A DNA stretch of 64,000 bases. It comes from Marsupella aquatica. Lineage: Eukaryota; Plantae; Marchantiophyta. Below are positions 20,364 to 33,465 of the stretch, one piece after another (position 1 is the first letter of the stretch; the number at the start of each line of letters is the position of its first letter). The stretch covers positions 11,887,919 through 11,951,918 of the forward strand of contig OZ316895.1 of NCBI GenBank assembly GCA_973895155.1, read 5' to 3'. Both the position numbers and the translations under genes were made by a program. The notes under the pieces were generated by a model, which saw only the letters and a program-made list of their open reading frames with translations, was not told where the DNA came from and searched no databases.

Positions 20364-22681
20364 CTAAAACATGGAAAACGAAAGCATCTTTCCCATACCA
20401 AACCAGCCAATCACTGATTTTCGTGCTAACGTCAATGTGGCTACGCATTCAGAAATCGACACTTTCAGCAGCACAGATGATATAAATTTAGCTCGCTCTA
20501 GATCATGTCGCTTTTTAGTCGTGGGGCGCGATTCTTTCTCCCATTTACAGCTGACCAGGTCAGGCCAGGGACGATGCATGGGACTATGGGAGGGACTTGG
20601 AGCTCCGATGAAACGGATTGGGAATGAAGCAGACGGATTTGAGTGTCGTCTGGGTGTCAGCCCCATTTCAGGTGATAACCATGAACAGTGAGTCTCACAG
20701 TAATGAGTTCATGACAATCCTTTGGCGACAATATCGAGAAAGGGGAAGATTGGAGATTGGAGATTGGAGGTTGGAGATTGTATTATGTCCTGCCATAAAT
20801 AGTGCCCCTCACTCATTGCTAAATCAGCCAGGCAGAAATGGCATCCAGCTGGAATCGCATTGCATCGCGCCATCGCCAGCCCCAAGCGCAGTCCGCGCCA
20901 ACCCATTGATGAGCTGATCAGGTTTTCGCTGCTGTACATACAATAAGCTCCCTGGCCAGACTTGACGAATACTTGACTCATTGGCTTCAGGACTGGTGGG
21001 CACGAAAGTCAGTGAAGTGCCACTGTGCGACCAGGCAGTAGGTTCCTTTATTAATGTTCCTTTCCTGCAGCTGCTCCGTCACAAAGAAGAAGTAGACTAC
21101 CGTAGGCCAAAGCGCACGAACTCTGCACTCTGTATATAGTAACGTCTAAACAGGACATTGTGAGCCATAATGCCTCGGAAAACCAGAGTTTCTACTCGAG
21201 TTTTGAGGGGGGTATTGTTGCTCATACTGGACTGGTAGTCTACCTTAACACACTTCAAAGCTCTTGACTAAAGGCTTGAGACATTATTACGTTTACTGAA
21301 TAAATTACAGTGCAAATCAGAGGCGAGAGAAAAGCTTGTAGTGTAAACTGAATCTTGGACTGTACCTCACTTTGTGGGTTATAAATGGGAAAGTAAAATG
21401 ACACTATGGCAGGGTGCCATGTTTGCTCCATCATGAAGAGGAAGACTATCTAGAAGGAACCCGGGGAACTCTGCACTTGGTGGGTGAAAAGAAACTGGCA
21501 GTGTAATAAGTCACTATATTAAAGAGAAATCATGGTCTGTGCATCACTAGTAAAGGAATCTGTCCAGTCTAAGATCGCTTTGTGGGCTACAAAAGAGAAG
21601 GAAGAATTTCATGCCAAACCTGCAGTTCCCAACCTTCTTTCCATAGGGCGAAAAAAAATTGTTTAAACTGCATGTAAAGTTTATTTTAGGTTACACAGAT
21701 TCATGAGTGTAGGTGTGAGTAACGCGGTGAACAGTGTAGACCCTTGAGGCGTTCGCCAATTCAACTCACTCACAGTATACACAAAACCGGTCCCGACCCA
21801 AATGCCATTGCACCGTCCAGAAAAGTTTTAGTGAGCATCCGATCTACTTACAACAAGACAAACCCAACAGCAATAATTTTGGACTATAATACTTAATAGA
21901 GTACTCTATTTTTTTGGACTTAATAAAATATCCACTTCCAGGCAACAAAAATATAACACTGAAAGAAACCTTAAATCATCGTTCTCGTTGGACTTTATTA
22001 CTTATAAAGTATCCGCTTCGAGACAAAAAACAACAGCAATAATATAAATCACCATTCTCGATTTCTGGTAATGCGAAGGACCGAAGGAAACACACAACGT
22101 CACGTTGCTGCCTTTGATTCCTTGATGCTCCTCCTCGACTCCTCGAGTCCTTGCGAAACGCATCGCACGAGGGAATGATGAATCGCACAACCCAACAAGA
22201 TAAAATCAACGCTCCAGTCCAGACACCAGAATGAGCGCATGCTGGTTTTCGTCGTCGTACGTGATAAAGGAGCTCCACCGCTCTCGATCGATCCCTCCCA
22301 GTGCCGACCTGCGAAAAGGCACTCAACGAGTGGTACCTATCGCCCACGACTACAGTGCTTCCGTTTCTAGTCGCTAGCCCACTTCCTAGCTTCCGAAAGA
22401 AGACAGAGAGCAGGATACTCAAAGGATTTCCAACAACTTCTTTTTGGAAAGAAGACAGAGACGGAGAGCGGCCTTGGACCTTCCAGCTACAAATTCCAAT
22501 TGCAATTCTGCCCACTAGTACCAAAACTGTACTCGATAGGATTTAGAGAGAAAAAATTGTTCGAGAGAAGACAGACAGCGAGCAGTATTCCAGCTAAAAT
22601 TGCAATTGCAATTCCGCATTTCCGCCTGCTACTACTGTACTCTGCTCGCTTAACAAGTAGGACTGTAGGTGAGCTAGCCAC
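20364..22681 (-). pseudogene. Possible decayed type-II membrane protein gene (weak resemblance to GT92/DUF23 glycosyltransferases)
   Basis: N-terminal basic stretch plus TM (SSRRKCGIAIAILAGILLAVCLL) followed by a TAG and broken frames. A second GC-richer segment after a CTGCAG acceptor near 21065 reads IRQVWP...DQLINGLA...CDSSWMPF. The family assignment is only tentative. Confidence 0.25.
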
Positions 22682-23400
22682 AGCTGTGGGCTAGCCCGAT
22701 TGCTGCGTGTTCGAATGATCTGTTGGAACCTCAATCAGTACCTCACCCACCGAATTTGTCGAGACGCACGACAGATTCAATCTGAGCTTGCTGAAAAGCA
22801 AAAATTGAAAAGATACTATTCCCAATCGACTCACCCAGAGACCAGACTTAATCTTTGATCTGCTTAAGGGTGGCTTTACAAGATATATTGAGCACTTGTC
22901 ACTTTTAGTGGTGACTTTTAGTCGCTAGCCAACTCATCTTCCGTTAAGGTAGTCTGGGTGGTTTTTAGCATTTTAGGGCTTTAGGCTGATGACACGTTAG
23001 CATATTTCACTTTGATTATTTTTCATTAAACTATGCTGTATTTTGATATGATTGACATACGATCTCCATTACATGGGTCAATGATAGAATGTAGTACGGT
23101 GCCTTCCCAAAGTTGATTAATCAGTGTTGAGCCACCTAGACTACCTTAACGTGAAGCTAAGGGCGCCTGCTCGTCTCTTTATGCGTGTATTTGGTCTCCC
23201 GCATATGTCTCCCCGCATACGTGGGTCGACCATATACGGTCGACCAAAATACCTCATAAAGAGACACCCGGCGACCTTAACTATATATGTTTCTAGTCAC
23301 TAGCCCACTCTAAACATAGACTCCCGACCAAAAATATGTTGAGATGAAGGACTTAATAAATGCAACTCAACTTGAAGGAAGGAGCACAAGTTTAGAAATT

Positions 23401-23549
23401 TTTGGGACCACCTGTGGAAGTGGTCTTGTATTGTAACCAAATTAAACACTCCACTTTTGCATTTATTTGGGCAATATTTGGGACCACCCGTGGAAGTGGT
23501 CTAAACTTCTAACCAAAATAAACCCTCCACCTTTGCATTTATTTGGGCC
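23401..23549. repeat. Tandem duplication, 2 x ~77 bp
   Basis: TTTGGGACCACC.GTGGAAGTGGTCT...CTCCAC.TTTGCATTTATTTGGGC appears twice. Confidence 0.85.
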
Positions 23550-25557
23550 CACTGCGTGCCATGTAGGATGGATATGCATCATAGCTGAATGGGCTACCTA
23601 GTCCTCTTTGTAAGTCAACTGCAGCTGTCGCCCCTCATTAAACCGTCCAGATTCAATCTCAGAGTAAAGTGAAGCTGGCTCTGTTCATTATGCCGTCCAT
23701 ATTTAATCTCCAAGTAAAGTGTAACTGAATGAGACTTTGCCCCCTTATCAAATCTTTACAACTACAATTTTATCCATGTACATGCACTTATCAGTACAAC
23801 GCGTAACTGTAACCTCAATAAATGCACCAATATGATCTGCCCTGTTCAGAAAACAATTATCTTATTAGGGAAGGAATATTGCACTAATGAGGTATCTAGG
23901 GGAGCTGTGATTTACATGTTAACACTTTGTGACACAAAGTTGCTTAGACTTATTAGGGAATCTCACTTATCAAGGCTGCACTTACCAGAGTTACCATGAG
24001 ACATTACGAAAACAATACGCTTACTGAGGTCGTCCGAAAAGACATTACATGGTACAATATACCTCGTATGACACAAAAATGCTTACACTTATTAAATAAT
24101 TATCACACTGCCAAAAAAACAAAAGGCACTTATTTGGAGATTTCTAGCATAGGCGAAAGATTCAAATGAAGGGAACAGAACCAAGGAGTCCACCACAGCA
24201 TCAACCAGTTACCAAGAACCTAAACCCTTCTTATCAGCAAACTGAAGACCCTCATAGAGCTCCGTTATGAACTACATCAGAGGGGTGAAACAAAAGAATT
24301 TAGGGGGTTTTCACTAATGGCACTGACCACAGTTACTGTGGCATAGTACCAAACAGTCCCCAAATCTGACATCTAACCCTGGTTAATTTGGCCAGCCTGC
24401 CCTGCACTGACTGCATGATAACGGTACTGACGGTGACGTCAGACGGCAGTCACAACCCTGATCCAACGGTGGAACTGGTGCAGTCACTGTTTCTTGGTAC
24501 CAAGAAACGCCGTAGTTTCGAGGTGCGAAACACCCGCACTGACTGGTCAACGATGTTTCAACTAGTAGGGCAAGTTGATTTGGTGTTTGCTCGAAAAGTG
24601 GCAATCAATCAGAAAGTGGCTCCAATGATCAGCGAAAAGGATTTTGCACCTGAGCTGGGCTCAAGAAACGGGTAATTATGTTGAATGGCAGATTGGGAAA
24701 GGCTATCATCGAGGCACTCGTGTTGAAGAACGCAGGTCCTGCTCTGCTGCTGATGATCTGTGGCGATTGCCGTGTAGACATATAATGAGACAACATGAAA
24801 CGGCAAAACAGACGAACGAGTATATCAACTTCCAGTGCAACCGAAACATGAGAAGCACAATTGCCACCATCTCAACAACAGCAGGACTACATAGATCAGA
24901 GAGTGACGGAAACATGAATGATAACTCTCCACATCTCAACTAGAAGAATACACCGTCACAAGAAAGACTGAGGGGATCACAGGTTTGCATGTCCATTTTG
25001 AGGGTGTCTACAACATCAATGTTAATGACAGTGAGTCTTGACATACATACAAGGCGATCTTGACAATAATGAAAGAGAAACTCTTGAGCCGACACCTTTC
25101 CATCGATATCCATGCAATGCAGCCTTGATTCAGTTCTAGTCATCAATACACAATTACATGCTCTCTTGACATGGGAGCAAAAAGGGTGTCTCGCATTATT
25201 GATGTCTCCAATCTAATGTACTTCCTAGAACGCTATCTCCATCACATGATCTCTACAATCGCTCTCACCCAGGCAGGTCTTCCTAGGACACGAGCTTGGA
25301 CGGTCGCACTTGCCATGGGATATCATGGCAACGCCACCGTATCTCTTGCTCGTCCCACGTAAGATGGTCTCCGGCACAAAAATTTGCAGAAACAAAATGA
25401 CAGTGTATCAACATTGTTTCCAAGCTTTGCACCACCACTTACATGAATAAATGGCCGTGACCAGAGAGAATCACTATTCAAAGATCTCTGCAGGAAATTG
25501 ATGCTTGATCCAAAAAATTGGCAACAATTTGAACAGACCCAGCACACAACCGAAGTT

Positions 25558-28185
25558 TCAGCTCATAGGCCACCTGTACACTGCGTACTGCCTCCCAAAA
25601 ATTGTTACCTCGAAGTAAACAGGCCTCCCCGGATTGCATACCATATGCCTCGCCTTCTTATTCCAAAAGAAGACTCCACAAGTCCCCGCAAACCCTACAC
25701 AGAACCCAATTGCTATGGCTAATAGCGATATCGGACCCTGACTATCGTCAACACTGGGCTTCCAAGGAGAGTCTGGGGACGGGGCTCCGTGTCGTATGCA
25801 AACAGGTAAAGGATAGCCACAAAGCTCCTTGTTCCCCGAGAAATAATCGGACGGAAATGTCCTGAATTGATCTCCTTGAGGAATCTGTCCGGACAGATTG
25901 TTGCTCGAGACATTGAAATAGGACAGAAATCTAAGGTCAGCCAGCCCTGTCGGAATGGCGCCTGATAGATCGTTCTGAGAGACGTCCAGAGATTCCAGTT
26001 GATCGAGATTCCCAAGACCGCTGGGAATGGGGCCGCTGAAGTTGTTGCAGGACAAAGTCAAAGTGACAATCTTCTGCAAAGCGCCCATTCCCTCGGGGAT
26101 ACTTCCTTGAAAAGAGTTGTTCGAGATGTCTAACAAGTAATTCACAGGCAAGACATAGGTCAAAGTCAAATCCACCCCTCCTTTCCCAGCGATTGTGAGT
26201 TCCACATGCACGTCATCCGCATGAGATGATATGCCGTCCTCGTTCTTGTTGCTCGTATTCATAAAACCGCTCGGCTTGGAGAAACTTTGGGTTAACTCTC
26301 CACCGAAGTTGTTTGCTGACAAGTCAACCAACTGGAGCAGTCTACTCTGGGTAATCCATGATGGGAACGGTCCAGACAAATTATTACCCCCGACGAGGAA
26401 GACCCTCAGGCTCTGAACGAGGTTCTGCAACGTCCATGGCAGCCACCCATAGAGTCGGTTGTAGCTCAAGTCTAGCACTACCATGTTGGAGCAGTTACCC
26501 AGAGATGATGGAACCGTGCCTTCAAGGGCATTGTATCGCAGCGACAAGCTAACGAATGATACCAAATTACCAAGACTTCGTGGTATATCACCTGTGAGAG
26601 CATTGTTTCCTAGCTGCAGAAAGATCATTTTCGAGCAATTCCCCAGGTTTTCTGGAATGGGTCCGCTGAGATTGTTTCGCTCCAGAAACAGATAGGCCAG
26701 GTTCAGCATGTTATTTCCCATGAACAAGGGGATAGTGCCCGTGAGCCCGTTCCAACTCAAATCGAGGTGCATCATTAGGGTCAAGTTTCCTAAAGATTCA
26801 GGAATCTTCCCTGTGAAGTTGTTGGTGTACAGAGACAGCGTATGCAACTTTGTCATATTTGTTCCAATGAAGTCGGGAATGCGTCCCGACAAGTTGTTCT
26901 TCGACAAATCGAGCGACTTCAAGTTGCTCAACGCGACCCATGATGAAGGAATTTCGCCAGTCAAGTGGTTGGACCACAGGGCTAGCGTTGTCATATGTAC
27001 AAGATGGCTGAGGAAGGCAGGTAGAGGACCAGACAAAGACGTCTGCGACAAGTCGAGCTCTACCAAGTTGGTGCAGTTCGCTATCTCCGGAGGGACAGAT
27101 CCATATACGGGATTGGTATAGAGGTACAAATCTTGCAGATTTGCCAAGCGCCCATACTCCGCTGGAATCTCGCCCGTGAAGTTATTTTGGTCGAGAGCCA
27201 CCGAGGTGAGGTTGGCACTGTTTCCCAAATCTGGGAGATTCCCCGAGAGCTGATTTCCGAACAAAGCCAATGTTCGCAAGTCCACAAGCTGGGAGATATG
27301 AAAACCGAGGCCAGTTAGATAGTTTCGTCCAAACCCCAACAAAGACAGCGATGTCAGATTGCCAATCTCAGCCGGTAAACTGCCGCCGAGTATATTTCCT
27401 CCCAAACGAATTTGCTCGAGGTTCGCCAGGTTCCCATACGATGCTGGAACTTGACATTCCAGATGATTAGTATATAGATGCAATAGAACCAACTGCGAGA
27501 GATTGCCAAGTTCCTCGGGGAGACAATTGCCGAGCAAATTTTCGAACATCAGCAGCGACTGGAGCTGCGATAATTGCCCGAACTCCCGAGGAATGCTGCC
27601 TGAGAGGTTGTTGCCTGAAAGGTGTAACTCAATCAACCCAGTGAGATTACCCCAGGTCGGAGAGAGAGTGCCAGCTAGGGAGTTAAAACTCAGATCCACG
27701 TAAACAAGTCCCGCGCATTTCTGTAGAAACTCCTCAGGAATATGTCCACTCAGACTGTTATTGTTAAGAAAGATTTCATGAAGTTGACTGAGATTTCCGA
27801 GAGAGCTGGGTAAGACACCCGTCAGGTTGTTGGAGGACAAATCCAGTGAGACGAGCGCAGACAGATGCCCGACGACGGGAGAGATGGAGCCGACCAAAGC
27901 AACATTGGAGAGGTGGAGCTCAGTGACCCGCATGCCTTTGTTGTCGCAGGTGACTCCCTTCCATCCTTTACACGGATTCGCATGGTTACTTCCCGTTCCC
28001 CAGCTGCCCAGCACGCCCTGAGAGTCCCCCAAGCTTTTTTTCAACTCTAGTAATGCGTGCGAGTCACCAGACAGCCCATTCGACGTCGACGTAGCGGCAG
28101 TAATACACAGGCAGCAGAAGAGGAAGAGTGCAGCCGGTACCACGCGCGAATATCGAGTCTGTAATCCAGAGTCCGCGCTGCTCAT
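25558..28185 (-). CDS. Leucine-rich-repeat receptor-like protein (LRR-RLP, 875 aa, no kinase domain)
   Basis: Signal peptide, LRRNT cap (CKGWKGVTC), about 25 plant extracellular LxxLxLxxNxLxGxIP repeats with an island before the last four, LRRCT (GNKELCGYPLPVC), GxxxG transmembrane helix and short cytoplasmic tail. Single exon. Confidence 0.95.
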   Translation of the reverse strand: MSSADSGLQTRYSRVVPAALFLFCCLCITAATSTSNGLSGDSHALLELKKSLGDSQGVLGSWGTGSNHANPCKGWKGVTCDNKGMRVTELHLSNVALVGSISPVVGHLSALVSLDLSSNNLTGVLPSSLGNLSQLHEIFLNNNSLSGHIPEEFLQKCAGLVYVDLSFNSLAGTLSPTWGNLTGLIELHLSGNNLSGSIPREFGQLSQLQSLLMFENLLGNCLPEELGNLSQLVLLHLYTNHLECQVPASYGNLANLEQIRLGGNILGGSLPAEIGNLTSLSLLGFGRNYLTGLGFHISQLVDLRTLALFGNQLSGNLPDLGNSANLTSVALDQNNFTGEIPAEYGRLANLQDLYLYTNPVYGSVPPEIANCTNLVELDLSQTSLSGPLPAFLSHLVHMTTLALWSNHLTGEIPSSWVALSNLKSLDLSKNNLSGRIPDFIGTNMTKLHTLSLYTNNFTGKIPESLGNLTLMMHLDLSWNGLTGTIPLFMGNNMLNLAYLFLERNNLSGPIPENLGNCSKMIFLQLGNNALTGDIPRSLGNLVSFVSLSLRYNALEGTVPSSLGNCSNMVVLDLSYNRLYGWLPWTLQNLVQSLRVFLVGGNNLSGPFPSWITQSRLLQLVDLSANNFGGELTQSFSKPSGFMNTSNKNEDGISSHADDVHVELTIAGKGGVDLTLTYVLPVNYLLDISNNSFQGSIPEGMGALQKIVTLTLSCNNFSGPIPSGLGNLDQLESLDVSQNDLSGAIPTGLADLRFLSYFNVSSNNLSGQIPQGDQFRTFPSDYFSGNKELCGYPLPVCIRHGAPSPDSPWKPSVDDSQGPISLLAIAIGFCVGFAGTCGVFFWNKKARHMVCNPGRPVYFEVTIFGRQYAVYRWPMS

Positions 28186-29028
28186 GATCTGATGCTCTCC
28201 CGGACTCCCTCAGCCCTTCTCTGCTTCAGATCCCTGGGCCCGCTGAAGGAGTCTCATATTCCTATGCGCCACTTCGTTCCGTCACAGACAACTGCAAACT
28301 CAGAAGCTCATCCAACAACTACAAAGTCATCAACGGAACGCCTGGAAATCAATGGCTTCGATGACACCTCCCAAGTCAACTGCATGCACCCTTGTCCTCC
28401 TGGGTGTGTGCATGTCACCTATGACAACACGAGATGACCCTCCGCTTACGTTGTATCTGACATTCGTCTGGCTCTTCCACCACCTCCCTTGTTACTTCAA
28501 TCGTCCACTTCGAGGTGGATAGAGGTAGAGAGACCACTTGTTCCATCAAACTTCCTCTCCCGGAAACCGCCTCCTCACTCTGACATTGACACGATACCCT
28601 TTCACATGAACATTTCTTCGTAGCCTAAGCGTCTTACTTGTCATCCACTACGTTCCTTCGTTCAGCACCTGCTCGGTACATAACAACCTGCAGTGATCCA
28701 ACTACCTCTAATCCCAGATTCCTAAGGAACGCAGCCATATCACACGTGAAGGTCCCTATGTGACTGATACCCTGGATCACGCACAAGTCATAAACATGCC
28801 ATCAGTATCCAAGACCAAATATCCTCACTAAACAAGGAATTCGAGCGGTTTTCCAGGGGCTTGTATCAAAGGTCGAAGAATACCCTGAAAACATTAACAA
28901 AGGAATGAATGATCTTATGTGCTGGTTAGACACCCAAAACTGTCTGCCCCCTAACTCGTTTGCTTCCAAGCACACTCAGCCAGACCGACAAACACTTCCA
29001 TTGGCCCATAAAGAAGCACGCAAAGCAC

Positions 29029-29041
29029 TCTCTCTCACGCA

Positions 29042-29094
<53 letters not shown>
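29029..29094. repeat. (CT)n microsatellite
   Basis: Perfect CT run at 29045-29094, upstream of the RLP. Confidence 0.95.
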
Positions 29095-29095
<1 letters not shown>

Positions 29096-30494
29096 AATAA
29101 CTCCTGCCACAAACCTGGACGATGTAAGTTTGTCTCCAAACCAAAACGGGGGAGAAAATGCGGACAAGAAGACGTACTCCTTCCTGCTGCTTCTCCCGCG
29201 AGCACGGACGCCCACTGCCAAGGTACAAAGAATTCCCGTTCGCTCCCCGTTCGCTCCTCTTCCGACGGGCCACTCTAACTCCACCACTTCAGCCAACAAG
29301 CGAACAGTAGTGAACGAATCGAGTAGCCACCGGGTCGCTGCGCGTTTCGAATGACGAACCTCCACGATGATCGATCCTCCAAAAAACACAATCCACCACG
29401 ACTGCTTTCACAGTACTCCCCGAGCGATGCACAGGAGACACTCTCTCTTACAGCTCCTCTCCCTCCCGAAACTGCCTCCGTGCACAGTCATCCCCGGCAA
29501 TCTGGCTAGTACATGACATGAATGAGATCCGATGAAATCGGACGTTCCGGACCCGACAATCGGGATGTATTCTCCTCACTCCTCTCCTCCACCACAAGAG
29601 CAACGGAATGGCATCAGAGAACAGTTGAACCTCTCTCTCTCTCTGCCCTCTCCAGCATGAGTCCACAAAAGTATCAACCAGACGACCGACCGACCGACCA
29701 CAGACCAACAAAAAAATTCGGCTTGCTATCTCGCTGGCAATTGAGAAATCGCGTCGCCACCGAATTGATGAGCTCAGCGATTCCGTCTCTCGCTCTCATC
29801 TCCTCGGGTCCCTTGCAGTCCTCTCTCTCCTCGAGTCCTCTCTCTCCATAGCTCATTAGCTCAGCTCAGCGCATCAGCCGTCGGGTCGGGACGGGGCCAA
29901 GGGAGGGACGGATGGCGGGGCCACCCCTCCCACAGTCCGAGGATGTGATATGCCCAACTTTTCCCAAGTAAATTAATTAAGGGGACGATTGGAGTATCTC
30001 ACTTTGCTGCTCACTCTTCGCCGCCGATTCAACAGCATCGACGCTGCTCAGGAGACGATTCTCGGATCATGCCCTCCGGAGCAATGAGATTGCTCCATTT
30101 GCCGCCCACTCTTTTTCGCGTTGTGATCATGTTTTTTAAGTGTGGACATAAAACCCGCGGAAAGTGACGTGTCGAGCATCCTGTCGCTTGCTGGCATGGG
30201 ATAAAGCGCGTTTTCGACGGAGTTTTTTAATAGGTCCTTTTCCTTGAAAGATTAAATTAAATTAACCAACGTGTATTCGCTCTAGGATTCTATTTGTTTT
30301 CATGATTTATTTAATTAATTTAATTATTGATTTATTAACATCAGTGCCACTTCTCCAAAAGTAAATAGTCCATCCAGACTCCATTATTGATTATTCACTT
30401 GCATCCATAAAATATTGGTGACCCACAAAGATGATAAGGGTGCAATCATCCGCACCCTTTTAAAAAGATATTATGTTTCAAATTTTATATGTCA

Positions 30495-31120
30495 TAGTCA
30501 GATCCCCGGCGTTCCACAAAAGATGTAGAGGTCATAAAAAGATGTTGAGTTCATAAAAGATGTCCAGGAAAGAAAAGATGTTGAGTAGAAAAAAGATATC
30601 AAAAAGAGAAAAAGATGTCCAAATGATAAAAAGATGTTGAGTAGAAAAAAGATATCAAAAAGAAAAAAAGATGTCCAGATGATAAAAAGATGTCCAGATG
30701 ATAAAAAGATGTCCAAGTGAAAAAAAATATAAAGTGATAAGAAGATGTAGAGGTGATAAAAGTTATCCAGATGATAAAAAAATGTCAATGTGAGAATGAT
30801 GTCTATGTGAGAGTTCTCAAATAAAGGTCTTCTTGAGCATAATTGATGTGGTACGGAAGTGCTATTGGACAAAAGTGTTTTAAAGCGGTAAGTCAGAGAA
30901 AAGGAAAGTGATGTCATTTTTGGAAGTGTACGGTTCATGAAATGTTGGTAGTAGTGACGTGGTGTTAGCATTAGGAAAAAGAGTGCATGTAGAAAGGATC
31001 AAAAGAAAATTAAAACATGAGTTGCAAGGGAGGAAGGAGAGGTGGAAGTTTAATGCATAAATGAAGAACACAACAGACACAAAAAAAAATTGGTCCGAAA
31101 CGAGAGTGATAAGAAAACAT
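30495..31120 (-). mobile_element. Non-autonomous Helitron-like repeat, copy A
   Basis: AAAAAGATGT-type internal array shared with copies B-D; degenerate terminal motif near 30497. Confidence 0.4.
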
Positions 31121-33399
31121 AAGATTCAGATTCTCCTGCATTGCACCAAGAGACGTGTTATTCAAGAAGAACTTACACGATTGACACTAAAAGTGATAAG
31201 CAGAAAATAAATTGATGAGAAATGTGAAAAAAAGTGAGTTGTGAGTGGGGAGGAGAAGTTTTGTGTAGTATAATAATGAGTAGTGAGTGAAACCTTGGGG
31301 AGACTTCACCTGAATTGGGTGGATCATAAAACTTGTCCCCATTCCCAAGGCCTGGCTTATGAGACAATCTTCAGTGAGTCCAATCTACTATGAAATAAAA
31401 CAGTCATGTAATTTCTGTAATTACCTATGAGATTTTTTATTATGGTTAGATGGTTGGGACTAACTGAGGATGCCATGCCAAAGGGGTGGGCTTGTGATAC
31501 TCTATGTAATGTACAGTAGTACTGCACCAACGGCAGGTCCATAATTATCCTGTATAATAAATACCTTAGTTGGTTTTTATATATGTACCTAGTGGATCAG
31601 TAACATACATGAAGAAACGGATGACACATAGCGACCCATACCAAAGGCACTGGTGATGCGCTACTATTCCATATATCACGCTCCCAACGAACAAAAATGC
31701 CTAACCTGCGGCCAGGATCTTAAAAACCAGAAACCCAATTTAAGGGGAAGAAACCAGGGCACAACCCTAGAAGACCAAACAGTCCAACAGCTTGAGAGTC
31801 ACTAAATCTAGTAAAATAATTAAAACCCTACTGAGCAATAAACTGAAAAGTTTGGTAGAGCTTTGGAGTACTCCCCATAGGAGGGTCTCACAGAGTTCTT
31901 TGTCTAGAAATCCAAAAACCAACAGCCTCAGTCCCATGAAGAAATTTGAATGCATGAGCGGTCAGTCTCTAGTGCAACACAGCTTAAGTCAAAAAAATAA
32001 ATTCTTCGTATGCACATAAATTAGGACATATTCCATATATTTTTGTCATATACAACAACTCTCGGCTCCAGCACCAAATTGTTTGCAAACCAAGTTAACT
32101 CAGTTCTTGAGTTTGCTAAATTCATCATGTTATGTTTGCAATTAAAGCATTTGACTAACCCAAAGCAAGACCCAGACTAGCCCATTTATGATGAGTTTTC
32201 CGGCTTTGAAGTGAGCTTTCAAGCTATCCAACCGAGGTTCCTAATCCATATCCAACCTATACAAGTGTCCTGGAGAACTTAGGACACTCCAGCCATAAAT
32301 CCCAAGCTTAGTGGGTGGGTTCTTTGCATCAGTAGACTTTTATGGGAGCACCACTTTTTTTAATAAACAGGATTTTTATACATTACATAGAAACTTAAAA
32401 GTGGCATTCTAGTATATTTATTTCTTTAATTATTTTATTAAACAAGAGGATGTCTGTCCATTGGGGGTATTGACCAGTCAGCCAATAAACCCTAAAGTTT
32501 TCCACTCATGTCAACAGGTTTGAAACCAAGTTCAGGGGACGATGACACCCGCAATGACAAACATTCCAGTAGTCACATGATCCTTCCAAATGATTGTGTC
32601 AATGTTTTCTCAATCCAATCATGGATGCATGGAAGCTATTATGTTACAGTGCCATACCAGCACTAAGAAATGTCTGAATATTGGCAGAAAGAGTATTTAG
32701 TTACTTAGTGTTATGAAAGAACTATTCCATACACCAAAACTTGGAAATTTTGGCTAGTCATCTGACTTAACAGCACATAAAGCAAAGATTATCCTTTAAG
32801 TATCTTATAATAATCCTGGAAATATTAGTTGTTAGAAGGAGTCTCGAGCCCATCCTGCCCTGCCGGGCTTCTCATTGAAACCACTATAATTATGTGTCCA
32901 TGTCTGAAGCTCACTAGCGTACTAAAAAACAAAAGGCGCCAATCTAGGAGACAGGATTCTGAAAGCAAGAAACACAATAAAAGGGGGAAACAAATGAAAA
33001 CCCAAGGAGACAAAAGTGAATAAAAGCCCCAAGCCAAAGCCTGAGGCACCCAAACAATGACAAAAGAACTAAAGCCTTACTGAACAACAAACTCAAAATC
33101 CTGATAGAGCTCCAGAGTAAAGAGCATAAGCTGGTCACAAATTAGAGAGAATTTGACTAAAGGCCCTAAAATCAACTACCTCAGTCTGACTAAGAACTGT
33201 GAATGCATGATTTTGCTTTGCCCATCAGTCCCTCCTGCCACCTAGACATCTGGTTTGTCACCAAGGGTCTTGCAGGACACATCATTTCTCCAGCCAATTT
33301 ATTTATCACCCGACCTTTACCCCACCCTTTCTTTCGACTCGATATCAATATAGGATATATACAGTGTACAGCAGCTCCATGTCATGATAAACCTTGCTA

Positions 33400-33465
33400 T
33401 TTTCTTTGAATCAATGAGTGCACGCAGTATATTACCAGATTTTGATGTGTGATTACCAGCAGGGC
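33400..33465 (+). repeat. Terminus of a dispersed repeat family (…TTTTGATGTGTGATTACCAGCAGGGC); other copies at 38060-38124 and 38275-38340 (inverted), 46860-46914 and 63570-63622
   Basis: Five copies read directly, all breaking off at CAGGGC. Confidence 0.8.
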
